Shown here: one piece after another, positions 9,848 through 19,315 of the stretch | How the letters are laid out: each line of letters opens with the position of its first letter | Numbering within the stretch: the first letter of the stretch is position 1 | DNA from: Dehalococcoidia bacterium | GTDB lineage: Bacteria; Chloroflexota; Dehalococcoidia; UBA2979 | Reading direction: 5' to 3' | Length of the DNA stretch: 64,000 nucleotides | Assembly (NCBI GenBank): GCA_964291495.2 | Contig: OZ219871.1 | Span: 1,536,001 to 1,600,000 of the forward strand | Notes under the pieces: generated by a model | What the model saw: only the letters and a program-made list of their open reading frames with translations | Told to the model about the DNA's origin: nothing | Database searches by the model: none | Program-made: the position numbers and the translations under genes

Positions 9848-10987
9848 GTGACATCTGAGAGCAGCGGTCCCCGCGCCCAGGTACCGATCGCCGGCATCCG
9901 CTGGCGGCCCTTCCGCCTTCCCGTGCGCGCGCCGATCGCCACCGCCGCCGGCGTGATCGAGGCGCGCGAGGGCATCGTCGTCGAGCTGCGGGACCCCGAG
10001 GACCGGCGCGGCTTCGGCGAGGCCTCGCCGCTCCCCTGGGACGGCGACGGCGGGCTGGACGAGGTGCTGCGGGTGCTCGACGAGTGGGCGCCGCGCCTGC
10101 TTGCGGGCGAACTGGCCCCGGCGCAGCCGCGCTCGCCGGCCGCCGCCGCGCTGCGCTGCGCCCTCGATTGCGCGCGGCTCGACCTCAACGGCCGCCGCCG
10201 TGGCCGGGGCATCTCCGCGCTCCTCGGCGGCGCGACCCGCGAGGTGAGCGTGAACGCCGTCATCGGCGACGGCCCGCCCGACCAAGTGCGAGAGCAGGCC
10301 GCGGCCGCCGTCGCGGCGGGCTACGACACCCTCAAACTCAAGGTCGCCGCCGGTCCCATCGAGGAGGACCGCGTGCGCGTCGAGGCCGTGCGCGAGGCCG
10401 CGCCGTACGCGCGCCTGCGACTCGACGCGAACGGGGCCTGGGACGTCGAGACCGCGGCTGCGGCGATCCGGCGGCTCGAGCGCTTCGACCTCGAATACGT
10501 CGAGCAGCCGGTGGCCGCCGACGATCTGGACGGCCTCGCCCGGCTGCGCGCCGAGGGAGTCTGCCCGATCGCCGCCGACGAGTCGGCTGCCGATCGGGCG
10601 AGCGCGAAGCGCGTGCTCGACACGGGCGCCGCCGACGTGCTGGTGCTGAAGCCGATGCGCGTCGGTGGAATCCGGCGCGCCCTCAACCTCGCGCGCGACG
10701 CCTCGTGGGGGGGTGTCGGCTGCGTCGTCACGACCACATTCGACTCGAGCCTCGGCGTGGCCGCCGCGCTGCACCTCGCCGCGGCCGTCGACGCGCTCGA
10801 TGCGTGGGGCGGGTTCGCGCACGGGCTCGGCACCGCCGAGCACCTCGCCGCCGACATCGTCGCCAGGCCGCTCGTCCCGCGCGGCGGCGTGCTGCGCATG
10901 CCCCGGGCGCCCGGCCTCGGCCTCGAGCCGGACGGGGACGCCCTCGAGGCCGCCGCCACGGGCGACTGGGCCGCGCTCGAGGGCTGA
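9848..10987 (+). CDS. menC: o-Succinylbenzoate synthase
   Basis: Enolase superfamily motifs GEASPL, KLKV, LRLDANGAW, YVEQP, IAADES, VLKP; men context. Confidence 0.92.
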   Translation: MTSESSGPRAQVPIAGIRWRPFRLPVRAPIATAAGVIEAREGIVVELRDPEDRRGFGEASPLPWDGDGGLDEVLRVLDEWAPRLLAGELAPAQPRSPAAAALRCALDCARLDLNGRRRGRGISALLGGATREVSVNAVIGDGPPDQVREQAAAAVAAGYDTLKLKVAAGPIEEDRVRVEAVREAAPYARLRLDANGAWDVETAAAAIRRLERFDLEYVEQPVAADDLDGLARLRAEGVCPIAADESAADRASAKRVLDTGAADVLVLKPMRVGGIRRALNLARDASWGGVGCVVTTTFDSSLGVAAALHLAAAVDALDAWGGFAHGLGTAEHLAADIVARPLVPRGGVLRMPRAPGLGLEPDGDALEAAATGDWAALEG

Positions 10988-11080
10988 GGACGACCGCACG
11001 TTGACGCCTTCGCGGCCACACTCAAGAATGGCCGCGCCGCCCGGCCGGTCCGGGCACGGCTCGTGGCAGGACGGCAGGCG

Positions 11081-11512
11081 ATGAGCGACGAACCCCTCTT
11101 CGAGTACGACGAGAGCGTGATCGGCGTCGAGCGCAACGTGGGCACCCTCGAGGTCACCGCCGAGCGGCTGGCGCGCTACTGCGAGATCGTCGGCGAAACC
11201 AACCCGCGCTACGTGGAGGACGGGCAGGCGCCGCCGAGCTTCCTGCAGCGCATGCGCTTCGCACCCGGCCCGGACCCGCGCGTGCGCTTCGGCAACGTCA
11301 CCTTCCACGCCGGCTCGCGCCTCGAGCAGCTCGTGCCGGTGCGCGTCGGCGATGTGCTCACGGGCTACGCGCAGGCGAAGGAGGTCTACGCCAAGACCGG
11401 CCGCAGCGGCACGATGGTGTTCGCCGTGCGCCGCCTCACCTACCGCAACCAGCGCGGCGAGGACGTTGCCTACTCCGACCAGACCACGGTGCATCGGCAG
11501 GTCGGCGAATGA
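11081..11512 (+). CDS. MaoC-like hotdog-fold protein (N-terminal/HadA type)
   Basis: RYCEIVGETNPRY, APPSF, VGDVLT, KTGRSGTMVF, YRNQRGE. Confidence 0.85.
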   Translation: MSDEPLFEYDESVIGVERNVGTLEVTAERLARYCEIVGETNPRYVEDGQAPPSFLQRMRFAPGPDPRVRFGNVTFHAGSRLEQLVPVRVGDVLTGYAQAKEVYAKTGRSGTMVFAVRRLTYRNQRGEDVAYSDQTTVHRQVGE

Positions 11513-11955
11513 GCCAGCCATACTTCGACGACATCGACGTCGGCGACGAGATCGAGGGCGCCTGGACCGCCCAGCGCGATCAGGTCCTAGAGTACATCGC
11601 GCTTGAGCCGGGCGGCCCGGCCGACGACACGCAGGGCCGCTTCACCGACCCCGTGCGCGCGAAGAAGCTCGGCTTCGAGCGCCCGATCGTTCCGGGGGCG
11701 CTGAGCATGTCCGTGCTCACCCGCCTGGTGACCGACTGGATGGGCCCCGACGGCGACCTCGAGTCGATCGACATCAACTTCCGCCGCCCCGTGCTGCAGG
11801 AGGACGAGCTGCGCACGCTGGGCCTGGTGATCGACACCGAGCCGGACGAGGACGGCGGGCGCGTGCGCATCGACGTCTATTTCGAGAACAACCGCGGCGA
11901 GCGTCCGCTGCAGGGCGTCGCCGTCGTCAGGCTGCCCTCGCGAGAGGGCTCGTAG
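11509..11955 (+). CDS. MaoC-like hotdog-fold protein
   Basis: YFDDIDVGDEI, AKKLGFERPIVPG, INFRRPV; ATGA overlap with previous gene. Confidence 0.85.
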   Translation: MSQPYFDDIDVGDEIEGAWTAQRDQVLEYIALEPGGPADDTQGRFTDPVRAKKLGFERPIVPGALSMSVLTRLVTDWMGPDGDLESIDINFRRPVLQEDELRTLGLVIDTEPDEDGGRVRIDVYFENNRGERPLQGVAVVRLPSREGS

Positions 11956-11983
11956 CCGGGCGGCCGGCGGGAGCGAGGGCCGC

Positions 11984-12409
11984 ATGGACCTGCTGACGGA
12001 CCCCTTCGGCGACTGTGGAGCGGCCATGGTGCCGCTGCGGCTGGCGGCGGGCGTGGTCTTCGTGCACGCCGGGTATGGCAAGTTCCAGCGCGGCATCAGC
12101 GGGTTCGGCTCGTGGCTGAGCGAGCTCGGCTATCCGCTGGGACAGCCGACGGCGCGGCTGGTCGCGAGCCTCGAGGTCGTCGGCGGCCTCGCGCTGATCC
12201 TCGGGCTGTTCTCGCACTGGGTCGCGATCCCGCTGGCGCTGATGATGGTGGTGGCGACGTACACGAACGCGGTGAAGCTGGGCCTGCCGTTCGCCGGTAA
12301 CGAGAACGCGCAGGGCTACGAGCTCGACCTCTTGCTGATCGCCATCCTCGTCGCGCTCATCCTCGGCGGCTCCGGCCCGCTCTCCCTGGACTCGCTGATC
12401 TCCGGGTAG
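11984..12409 (+). CDS. DoxX family membrane protein
   Basis: LRLAAGVVFVHAGYGK, EVVGGLALILG, GYELDL, GSGPLSLD. Confidence 0.93.
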   Translation: MDLLTDPFGDCGAAMVPLRLAAGVVFVHAGYGKFQRGISGFGSWLSELGYPLGQPTARLVASLEVVGGLALILGLFSHWVAIPLALMMVVATYTNAVKLGLPFAGNENAQGYELDLLLIAILVALILGGSGPLSLDSLISG

Positions 12410-12462
12410 GCGGCGCGAGGCTCGGCTGACCAAACCGCCTCGGGCCCGCGTACTATCGGGCC

Positions 12463-13578
12463 ATGCACCGCCTGCATCCCGGACGCATCGATGGCTGGAG
12501 CGTGCGGCGGCGGGTGAGGACCGTCGCGTGGCTGCTCGTGCTGCTGACGGTCGTTGCCGCGCTGCCCACCGCGCACTCCTACCTGCGCGCCACCGCCTTC
12601 ACCGCCGACGTCGTGCTGCAGCTGCCCGTGCGGCCCCTCGCCTGGGCCACGCACGCGCCATCCGTCGAGTACGTCGAGTGGGGCGGCGAGCGTGCCGGAC
12701 GCGGACAGCTGACGCTCCCGGAGGGCGACAACGAGCGGCCCGCGATCATCCTCGTGCTCGGCGCCGACCCCGCCCCGGCCGACGACGAGCGCGTGCTGAG
12801 CCTCACCGGCGGCCTCGCCCGCATCGGCTTCGTCGTGCTGCTCACCGAGTCCGACGACCTCAATGCAGCCGTGGTGCTGCCGAGCGAGATCCCGAGGCTG
12901 GTCGGCGCGTTCGAGACGCTCGCCGCGCATCCGCGCGTGAACGAGGAGGAGATCGGCTACGTCGCGCTCTCGGCGGGCGGTTCGCTCGCGATCGTCGCCG
13001 CCTCGCAGCCGCGGATCGCCGATCGCGTCGCCTACGTCGTCGCACTCGGGCCCTACTACGACGCCGAGACGCTGGCCGCCTCCGTTACCTCGTACAGCTT
13101 CCGCGGCCCCGAGGGCGTCGAGGAGTGGGAGCCCGCGGGCATCGCGCGCCGCGTCGTGCGCAACACGCTGCTCGCCGGGCTGCCCGAGGCCGAGCGCGCC
13201 GCGATCGAGGCGGGCGAGGCGGCGCAGAGCGCGGGCGGGGCGGCGGTTGCGGAGCTGCTGCAGCTCCCGACCCTCGATCGGGCCGGGGAGCTGATCGCCT
13301 CACTACCCGCGGCTCAGCGCGCGCACCTCGAGGCGGTGAGCCCGCGCTACAGCATCGACGGGCTGCGCGCCCCGCTCTACCTGCTGCACGACCGCAGCGA
13401 CGAGTTCATCCCCTGGACCGAGTCCGAGGAGATGGCCGAGGCGCATGAGCCGGCCATTTACCACCGGCTCGACCTCTTCCAGCACGTCGAGCCGGACCCC
13501 GGCAACGTCGAGCACATGCTGCGCGACGGCTGGCGCATCCTGCGGCTGGTGGTGGGCATCCTCGAGGACGCGCGCTAA
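12463..13578 (+). CDS. Membrane-anchored alpha/beta-hydrolase-fold protein
   Basis: N-terminal TM segment; GYVALSAGGS elbow, LLHDRSDEFIP, LFQHV. Confidence 0.72.
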   Translation: MHRLHPGRIDGWSVRRRVRTVAWLLVLLTVVAALPTAHSYLRATAFTADVVLQLPVRPLAWATHAPSVEYVEWGGERAGRGQLTLPEGDNERPAIILVLGADPAPADDERVLSLTGGLARIGFVVLLTESDDLNAAVVLPSEIPRLVGAFETLAAHPRVNEEEIGYVALSAGGSLAIVAASQPRIADRVAYVVALGPYYDAETLAASVTSYSFRGPEGVEEWEPAGIARRVVRNTLLAGLPEAERAAIEAGEAAQSAGGAAVAELLQLPTLDRAGELIASLPAAQRAHLEAVSPRYSIDGLRAPLYLLHDRSDEFIPWTESEEMAEAHEPAIYHRLDLFQHVEPDPGNVEHMLRDGWRILRLVVGILEDAR

Positions 13579-13616
13579 GCCGCGCCGCGCGGCCGACGGG
13601 CTGGTAGGGTCCGGGC

Positions 13617-13925
13617 ATGGACGAGGCGCCCGTGCTGCTGTTGACCTCCTGGCATCTGCCGCGGATGCGCTCGATGCCGCGCGCCTTCTGGAGGGTGCGC
13701 GCCCTCGACAGGCGCACGCGCTCGCAGCAGGGCTGCCTGCGCGTCCACCGCTGGGCCTCGCGCCGCTCGCTGCTGCTCACCACCTGGTGGCGCAGCCGCG
13801 CCGCAGCCGAGGCGTGGCTCGCCTCGCCGTCGTACCGCGAGACCGACGACCGGCTGCGGGCGATCCCCGGCGTCGAGGTGCGCGTCGATCTGCGCGAGTG
13901 CCCCGAGGGCTCGCCGAGCAGGTAG
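13617..13925 (+). CDS. Small DUF3291/ABM-like dimeric alpha-beta barrel protein
   Basis: SQQGCLRVHRW...LTTWWRSRAAAEAW pattern; TAGGGT 6 nt upstream of ATG. Confidence 0.6.
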   Translation: MDEAPVLLLTSWHLPRMRSMPRAFWRVRALDRRTRSQQGCLRVHRWASRRSLLLTTWWRSRAAAEAWLASPSYRETDDRLRAIPGVEVRVDLRECPEGSPSR

Positions 13926-13937
13926 CTCCGGCGAGCG

Positions 13938-15308
13938 CTACCCGCCTCGCAGGTGCTCGCGCAACGCCTGCGCCTCGGCCTGCAACGCTGCGCTCACCGC
14001 CACCGGGTACGGCGCATCCGGCTCCTCCAGCCTGCGCAGGGAGGCGGGGAGCCGCTCGCGCTCGCGTACCGCCCGCTCCCGCGCCTCGGCGAGCGGGCGC
14101 ATGCCCGCCTCGAGGCGCTCGCCGTCGCGCATCACCGGCTCGAGCAGCGGCTCGCCCTCGAGGCGCTCGTCCGCGCGCGCGATCACGTCGCCGCTCGCGA
14201 GGCCGGCGGCGTCGCGCAGGCGGAAGACCTGCTTGCGGCCGGGCAGCGTCTCCTTCTCCGTCGAGAGCTTGATCCGCCCCCGCCCGTCGTAGGCCGCGAG
14301 CTTGTAGACGGCGTCGAAGGTGGGCGCGTCCGCCGAGGTCACCGCGCGCGTGCCCACGCCGAAGGCGTCGATCGGCGCGCCCGTCGCGACGAGCTCCGCG
14401 ATCCGCGCCTCGTCGAGGCCGCCGCTGGCGACGATCTCCACCTGCTGGAGCCCGGCCGCATCGAGGATCGCGCGCGCCTCGAACGCCAGCTCGGCGAGCG
14501 GCTCGGAGTCGAGCCGCACGGCGCGCACGCGGAAGGCGTCGCCCAGCTCCGAGGCGAGCCGCGCGACGCGACGCACGCCCTCGGCGGTGTCGTAGGTGTC
14601 GACGAGCAGGATGGTGTCGGGGTGGGTCGCGGTGAAGCTGCGGAAGGCCTCGGCCTCGTCGTCGTGGGCCTGCACGTAGCTGTGCGCCATGGTCCCGGTG
14701 GGCGGGATGCCGTAGCGGTCGGCGGCCAGCACGTTGGAGGTTGCGGCCATGCCCGCGATGTAGAGCGCGCGGGCCGCCTTCAGCGCCGCGTCCGTGCCGT
14801 GCGCGCGTCGCGTCCCGAAGTCCACTACCGGCCGTCCCGCCGCCGCATCGACGATGCGCGCGCCCTTCGAGGCGATCAGCGTCTGCAGGTGCAGCTGGTT
14901 GAGCAGGTACGTCTCGGCGAGTTGCGCCTCTGGCAGCGGCGCATCGACGGTCAGCAGCGGCTCGCCAGCGAAGGCGGGGGCGCCCTCGGGCATCGCGTAC
15001 ACGTCGCCCGTGAAGCGCAGCGCGGCGAGCCAGTCGAGGAAGCTCGCCGGGAAGCGTCCGCCGCGCTCCAGCGCGGCGAGCGCCTCCTCGCCGAAGCACA
15101 GGCCCTCGAGGTAGGCGAGCGCGTCGTCGAGGCCGCAGGCGAGCAGGTAGTTGCGGTTCGCGGGCAGCGTGCGCGCGTAGAGCTCGAACGTCGCGCGGGC
15201 GGTCAGCCCGTGCTCGGCGTAGGCCTGCAGCATCGTCAGCTGGTAGAGGTCGGTGAACAGCGCGCGACCCGGTTCATCGAGGCCGCCGCCGAGGGGCTGG
15301 GGAGTCAC
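13938..15308 (-). CDS. pncB: Nicotinate phosphoribosyltransferase
   Basis: LFTDLYQLTM, DFGTRRAHG, GTMAHSYV, LVDTYDT, VRLDS, ASGGLDE, KETLPGRKQVFR. Confidence 0.97.
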   Translation of the reverse strand: MTPQPLGGGLDEPGRALFTDLYQLTMLQAYAEHGLTARATFELYARTLPANRNYLLACGLDDALAYLEGLCFGEEALAALERGGRFPASFLDWLAALRFTGDVYAMPEGAPAFAGEPLLTVDAPLPEAQLAETYLLNQLHLQTLIASKGARIVDAAAGRPVVDFGTRRAHGTDAALKAARALYIAGMAATSNVLAADRYGIPPTGTMAHSYVQAHDDEAEAFRSFTATHPDTILLVDTYDTAEGVRRVARLASELGDAFRVRAVRLDSEPLAELAFEARAILDAAGLQQVEIVASGGLDEARIAELVATGAPIDAFGVGTRAVTSADAPTFDAVYKLAAYDGRGRIKLSTEKETLPGRKQVFRLRDAAGLASGDVIARADERLEGEPLLEPVMRDGERLEAGMRPLAEARERAVRERERLPASLRRLEEPDAPYPVAVSAALQAEAQALREHLRGG

Positions 15309-15315
15309 GCGCGGC

Positions 15316-15906
15316 TCACTCGATCGTCGCGCCCGCCTCGCGGATTGCCGCGAGCGCGCGCTCGCCGTCGCCGGGTTCGAGGTTCACGGCGCTGATCGCC
15401 TCCGCGATCACGGTCGTGGCGAAGCCGAGCCGGCAGGCGTCCAGCGCTGTCTCCTTGACGCAGTAGTCCGTCGCCAGCCCCGTGATCACGACGCGCTCGA
15501 CGCCGCGGTCGCGGAGCAGCGCCTCAAGCTCGGTCGCTTCCTGCTCCCCGCTCTGCGGGTCGCGCTGGCTGAAGGCGGAGTAGCCATCGCTGCCGTCGGC
15601 GCCCTTGCGCACGCGCGGCGCGCCCTCGGCGACCGCGAGGTCGGCGTGCAGCGCGGCGCCCCAGCTGCCGGCGACGCCGTGCACGGGCCAGGCGCCACCA
15701 TCCTGCGCGAAGTGCGGGGTGTGCTCCGGGTGCCAGTCCTGCGAGTAGGCGACGAGCGCGCCGCCCTCGAGGGCGCGGGCGATCTCCTCGTTGGTGCGCG
15801 CGATCGCGCCGGCCGCGCCGGCCACGTAGAGGCTGCCGTCGGGGTGGGCGAAGTCGTTCTGCACGTCGACCACCACCAGTGCCGTCCGCGCGTCGTAGTC
15901 CGCCAT
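15316..15906 (-). CDS. pncA: Nicotinamidase/pyrazinamidase
   Basis: VVDVQNDF, GSLYV, QDWHP, WPVH, YSAF, GLATDYCV; directly upstream of pncB. Confidence 0.95.
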   Translation of the reverse strand: MADYDARTALVVVDVQNDFAHPDGSLYVAGAAGAIARTNEEIARALEGGALVAYSQDWHPEHTPHFAQDGGAWPVHGVAGSWGAALHADLAVAEGAPRVRKGADGSDGYSAFSQRDPQSGEQEATELEALLRDRGVERVVITGLATDYCVKETALDACRLGFATTVIAEAISAVNLEPGDGERALAAIREAGATIE

Positions 15907-16038
15907 CGCGCTGCCTCCCCGCCGGGCGTCCGCCGCCTCCCCCGCGACGCAGCATAGCGGGCCGCCGGGGCCGTGCGCCGGGGGCGCGGGAGAGGGCCCG
16001 CGATGTGCTATCGTCGCCCCGCTGCGGGGGGTCCGCGC

Positions 16039-16466
16039 GTGTCGCCATCTGTCGACGATCGGCTCGAAATCCTCGATCTCGCCGCGCGCTACAACCACGC
16101 GGTCGACTCGGGCGATCATGAGGGCGTGGCCGCGTCTTCACCCAGGACGGCGCGATCGAGGCCACCGCCACCGGCACGATCGCCGGCCGGGCCGCCATCG
16201 CCGACTACATCGGCTCGCGGCCCGACGGCTGGCAGCGACGCCGCCACCTCAACAGCAACGCGATCATCGAGGGCGTCCCCGGCGACGAGGATGCTGCTCG
16301 GCTGGTGCTCTCGCTGCTCGTTGTCAGCCGCCGCGATCACGTCGTGCCCCGTCTGCACGGGCGCTACGAGGACGAGCTGCGGCGTGTCGACGGCGAGTGG
16401 CGCTTCGCGAAGCGGCGCATCATCGTCGACGCGGACGGCGCCAGCGGACGCAGGGCGGAGGAGTAA
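16039..16466 (+). pseudogene. SnoaL-like/NTF2 protein, copy 1, frameshifted near 16131-16136
   Basis: VSPSVDDRLEILDLAARYNHAVDSGDHEGVAA continues in another frame as FTQDGAIE...RHLNSNAIIEG...GRYEDELRRVDGEWRFAKRR; span 428 nt is one base short of whole codons. Confidence 0.85.
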
Positions 16467-16468
16467 CG

Positions 16469-16870
16469 ATGCCGCTGTCAGTCGAGGACCGGATGGCGAT
16501 TCTCGCCCTCGTGACCCGCTACAACCACGCCGTGGACGAGGGCGACGTCGACACGCGCTCGGAGACCTTCACCGAGGACGGCGTGTGGGACTCCGACACC
16601 GCGGGCGTGGTCACGAGCCGCGAGGCGATCCGCGCGCACGCCGCCACCCGCGCGCCGCAGGCGCACACCAAGAAGCACTGGACCAACAGCCCGGTCATCG
16701 AGGGCGACGGGGACCACGCGACGATCAAGCAGTACCTCTGGCTGGTCGAGATCGTGGAGCCGCGGCGCACGCTGATGATCGGCACGTACTACGACACGGT
16801 GCGGCGCGAGCCGGAGGGCTGGCTCTTCGCCGAGCGCAAGCTGCGCGTGCACAGCCGCATCGACTACTGA
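16469..16870 (+). CDS. SnoaL-like/NTF2 protein, copy 2
   Basis: MPLSVEDR...RYNHAVDEGD...FTEDG...KHWTNSPVIEGDGD...GTYYD...WLFAERK. Confidence 0.92.
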   Translation: MPLSVEDRMAILALVTRYNHAVDEGDVDTRSETFTEDGVWDSDTAGVVTSREAIRAHAATRAPQAHTKKHWTNSPVIEGDGDHATIKQYLWLVEIVEPRRTLMIGTYYDTVRREPEGWLFAERKLRVHSRIDY

Positions 16871-16900
16871 GCGCCGCGAGGAAGCCCGGAAGGAACGCCA

Positions 16901-17284
16901 GTGCCGCTCTCCGTTGACGACCGCCTCGAGATCCTCGAGCTAATGTCGCGCTACAACCACTGCGCCGACGGCGGCGACGGCGAGGGCTTCGCCGACACCT
17001 TCACCGCGGATGCGCTGTTCGAGGGCAGCATGAGCAGCGCGCGCGGCCGCGACGAGCTCGTGCAGGTGATCGCCAGCGGCGGCGGCCTCTGGAAGCACTG
17101 GCTCAACAGCCCGATCATCGAGGGCGACGGCGACCACGCGACCGCAAGGGTCTACCTGGTCCGTACCGGCCTCGGCGAGGACGGGGCGGTGGAGCTGATC
17201 GCCAGCGGCGCCTACCACGACACGCTCGCGCGCATCGACGGCGAGTGGAAGTTCACGCATCGCAAGGTCCACCCGGACCAGTAG
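16901..17284 (+). CDS. SnoaL-like/NTF2 protein, copy 3
   Basis: RYNHCADGGD...KHWLNSPIIEGDGD...GAYHD...WKFTHRK. Confidence 0.92.
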   Translation: MPLSVDDRLEILELMSRYNHCADGGDGEGFADTFTADALFEGSMSSARGRDELVQVIASGGGLWKHWLNSPIIEGDGDHATARVYLVRTGLGEDGAVELIASGAYHDTLARIDGEWKFTHRKVHPDQ

Positions 17285-17334
17285 GGAACGCAGGAACGCA
17301 CGAGGCATCGCCTCGCGAAAGGACGGAGGACGCC

Positions 17335-17718
17335 ATGCCGCTCTCGCTTGAGGACCAGCTCGACATCATGGAGTTGATGGCCCGCTACAACCACGCGATC
17401 GACAGCAGCCAACCCGAGGCCTGGGCCGATACCTTCACCGAGGACGGCGTTTTCGAGGGCTCGGCGATGACCGTGAGCGGCCGCGAGGAGATGCTGGCGT
17501 TCGTCCGCAACCGCGATCAGAGCAATCCGATCCGCCACTGGAACAACAACATCCTGATCGACGGCGACGGCGACGACGCGACCGCAAAGGTCTACCTCGT
17601 GACCTTCGATGTCACCGGCCCGCCGGAGGTTCGCGTGACCGGGATGTACCACGACACGCTCAAGCGCGTGGACGGGCAATGGAAGTTCACGCACCGCAAG
17701 GTGCAGGCCGACGGCTAG
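17335..17718 (+). CDS. SnoaL-like/NTF2 protein, copy 4
   Basis: RYNHAIDSS...RHWNNNILIDGDGD...GMYHD...WKFTHRK; GGAGG RBS. Confidence 0.92.
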   Translation: MPLSLEDQLDIMELMARYNHAIDSSQPEAWADTFTEDGVFEGSAMTVSGREEMLAFVRNRDQSNPIRHWNNNILIDGDGDDATAKVYLVTFDVTGPPEVRVTGMYHDTLKRVDGQWKFTHRKVQADG

Positions 17719-17758
17719 CGGTCGCCCGGGGACCGAAGCGATAGCGGGAAGGAACGTC

Positions 17759-18208
17759 GTGCCGCTCTCCTGCGACGACCGGCTCGACATCCTCGAGGTC
17801 GCCGCCCGCTACTGCCGGGCGCTCGATCGAGGGGACGCCGAGGGTCTTGAGGCCGTCTTCACCGAGGACGCCGTCTGGGAGTCCTCGGCGCGCGGGCAGC
17901 GGCGAGGGCGCGAGGCGATCGTCGACGAGTTCCGAGCGCGGGCGGTGCAGGCGCACACGCGCAAGCACTGGACCAGCAACCCCGTCATCGAGGGTGACGG
18001 GGACGAGGCTTCGCTGACGCTCGACTTGCTCGTGCTGCACCTCGATGATGGGGATGTACGGCCGGGTACGAGCGGCGTGTACGAGGACAGGCTGAGGCGC
18101 GACGATGCCGGTTGGCGCATCGCGTATCGCAAGATCACGGTGGACGGCCAGCGGGCCGGCTTCCGCGGCGTGCCGGCGCAGCCGGCGGGAAAGGATGCAA
18201 CCCGATGA
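17759..18208 (+). CDS. SnoaL-like/NTF2 protein, copy 5
   Basis: RYCRALDRGD...KHWTSNPVIEGDGD...GVYED...WRIAYRK. Confidence 0.9.
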   Translation: MPLSCDDRLDILEVAARYCRALDRGDAEGLEAVFTEDAVWESSARGQRRGREAIVDEFRARAVQAHTRKHWTSNPVIEGDGDEASLTLDLLVLHLDDGDVRPGTSGVYEDRLRRDDAGWRIAYRKITVDGQRAGFRGVPAQPAGKDATR

Positions 18209-19266
18209 GAGTCACATGCGGACTGCACCCCCACAGGAAGATGGGCGAAGCCCCTGACTTCGCGCGCAAGCGCGAGGCGATGGGCTACGACGCGCTGTGG
18301 GTGCCCGAGGCCCAGCACAACCCGTTCACGGCGCTCACGCTGGTCGCCGAGCACAGCGAGAACGTGCGCATCGGCACGAACGTCACGGTCGCTTTCGCGC
18401 GCTCGCCCTACGTGATGGCGAACCACGGCTGGGATCTGCAGGAGTACTCCGGCGGCCGCCTCGTGATCGGCATGGGCACCCAGATCAAGGGCCACAACGA
18501 GCGGCGCTTCTCCGTGCCCTGGGGCCCGCCCCACCCGCGGCTCCGTGAGTACGTGGAGATGATGAAGGCCTGCTGGCACACCTGGCGGACCGGCGAGAAG
18601 CCGAACTACGAGGGCCAGTACTACCGCTACACCCTCGACGCCTGGAACTGGAACCCGGGCCCGATCGACTACCCCGACCCGATGATCGCCCTCGCCGCGG
18701 TGCGGCCGCTCAACACGCGGCTCGCCACGGAGGTCGCCGACGGCGTGCTCTGGCACGGCATGATGAGCTGGGCCTACCGCGACAACGTGCTCGTCCCAGC
18801 CCTCGAGGAGGGCGCGCGCCGCTCGGGCCGCGATCTGAAGGACCTGATCGTCTCCGGCGGCGGCTTCGTCGTGACCGCGAAGACCGAGGACAAGCTCGTC
18901 GAGGCGATGGCCGAGCAGAAGCGCTGGATGTCCTTCTACGCCTCCACCCGCAGCTACCACCCCGCCATGATCATGGCCGGCCTCGAGGACGAGGCGATGC
19001 TGTTGCACCGCCTCTCGATCGAGCAGAAGTGGGCGGAGATGGTGAAGATCATCGACGACGACTTCCTCGAGAAGTTCGCGATCATCGGCACCTGGGACGA
19101 GATCCCGGCGAAGATGCGCGAGGTCTACGGCGGCCTGAACACCGAGATCAGCTTCAGCGCCGACATCGAGGACCCCGACGACGAGGACCACATCATCGAG
19201 GTGATGAACGAGATCAAGGCGATCCCGTCCTACGGCGAGATGGAGCGCACGCCCGTCGCCGCGTAG
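18205..19266 (+). CDS. Probable F420-dependent LLM oxidoreductase (MSMEG_2256/TIGR03617-like), copy 1
   Basis: EAQHNPF, VAFARSP, WDLQEYSGGR, GTQIKGHNERRFSVPW, FYASTRSY. Confidence 0.9.
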   Translation: MRVTCGLHPHRKMGEAPDFARKREAMGYDALWVPEAQHNPFTALTLVAEHSENVRIGTNVTVAFARSPYVMANHGWDLQEYSGGRLVIGMGTQIKGHNERRFSVPWGPPHPRLREYVEMMKACWHTWRTGEKPNYEGQYYRYTLDAWNWNPGPIDYPDPMIALAAVRPLNTRLATEVADGVLWHGMMSWAYRDNVLVPALEEGARRSGRDLKDLIVSGGGFVVTAKTEDKLVEAMAEQKRWMSFYASTRSYHPAMIMAGLEDEAMLLHRLSIEQKWAEMVKIIDDDFLEKFAIIGTWDEIPAKMREVYGGLNTEISFSADIEDPDDEDHIIEVMNEIKAIPSYGEMERTPVAA

Positions 19267-19315
19267 CGCGGCGACGGGCCTCGCCGGCTCAACCGGCGCG
19301 AGGGGACGCAGCGCG

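Noticed and set aside
16125-16140. Programmed ribosomal frameshift in SnoaL copy 1
   Set aside because: No slippery sequence, and the paralogs are continuous at this position.
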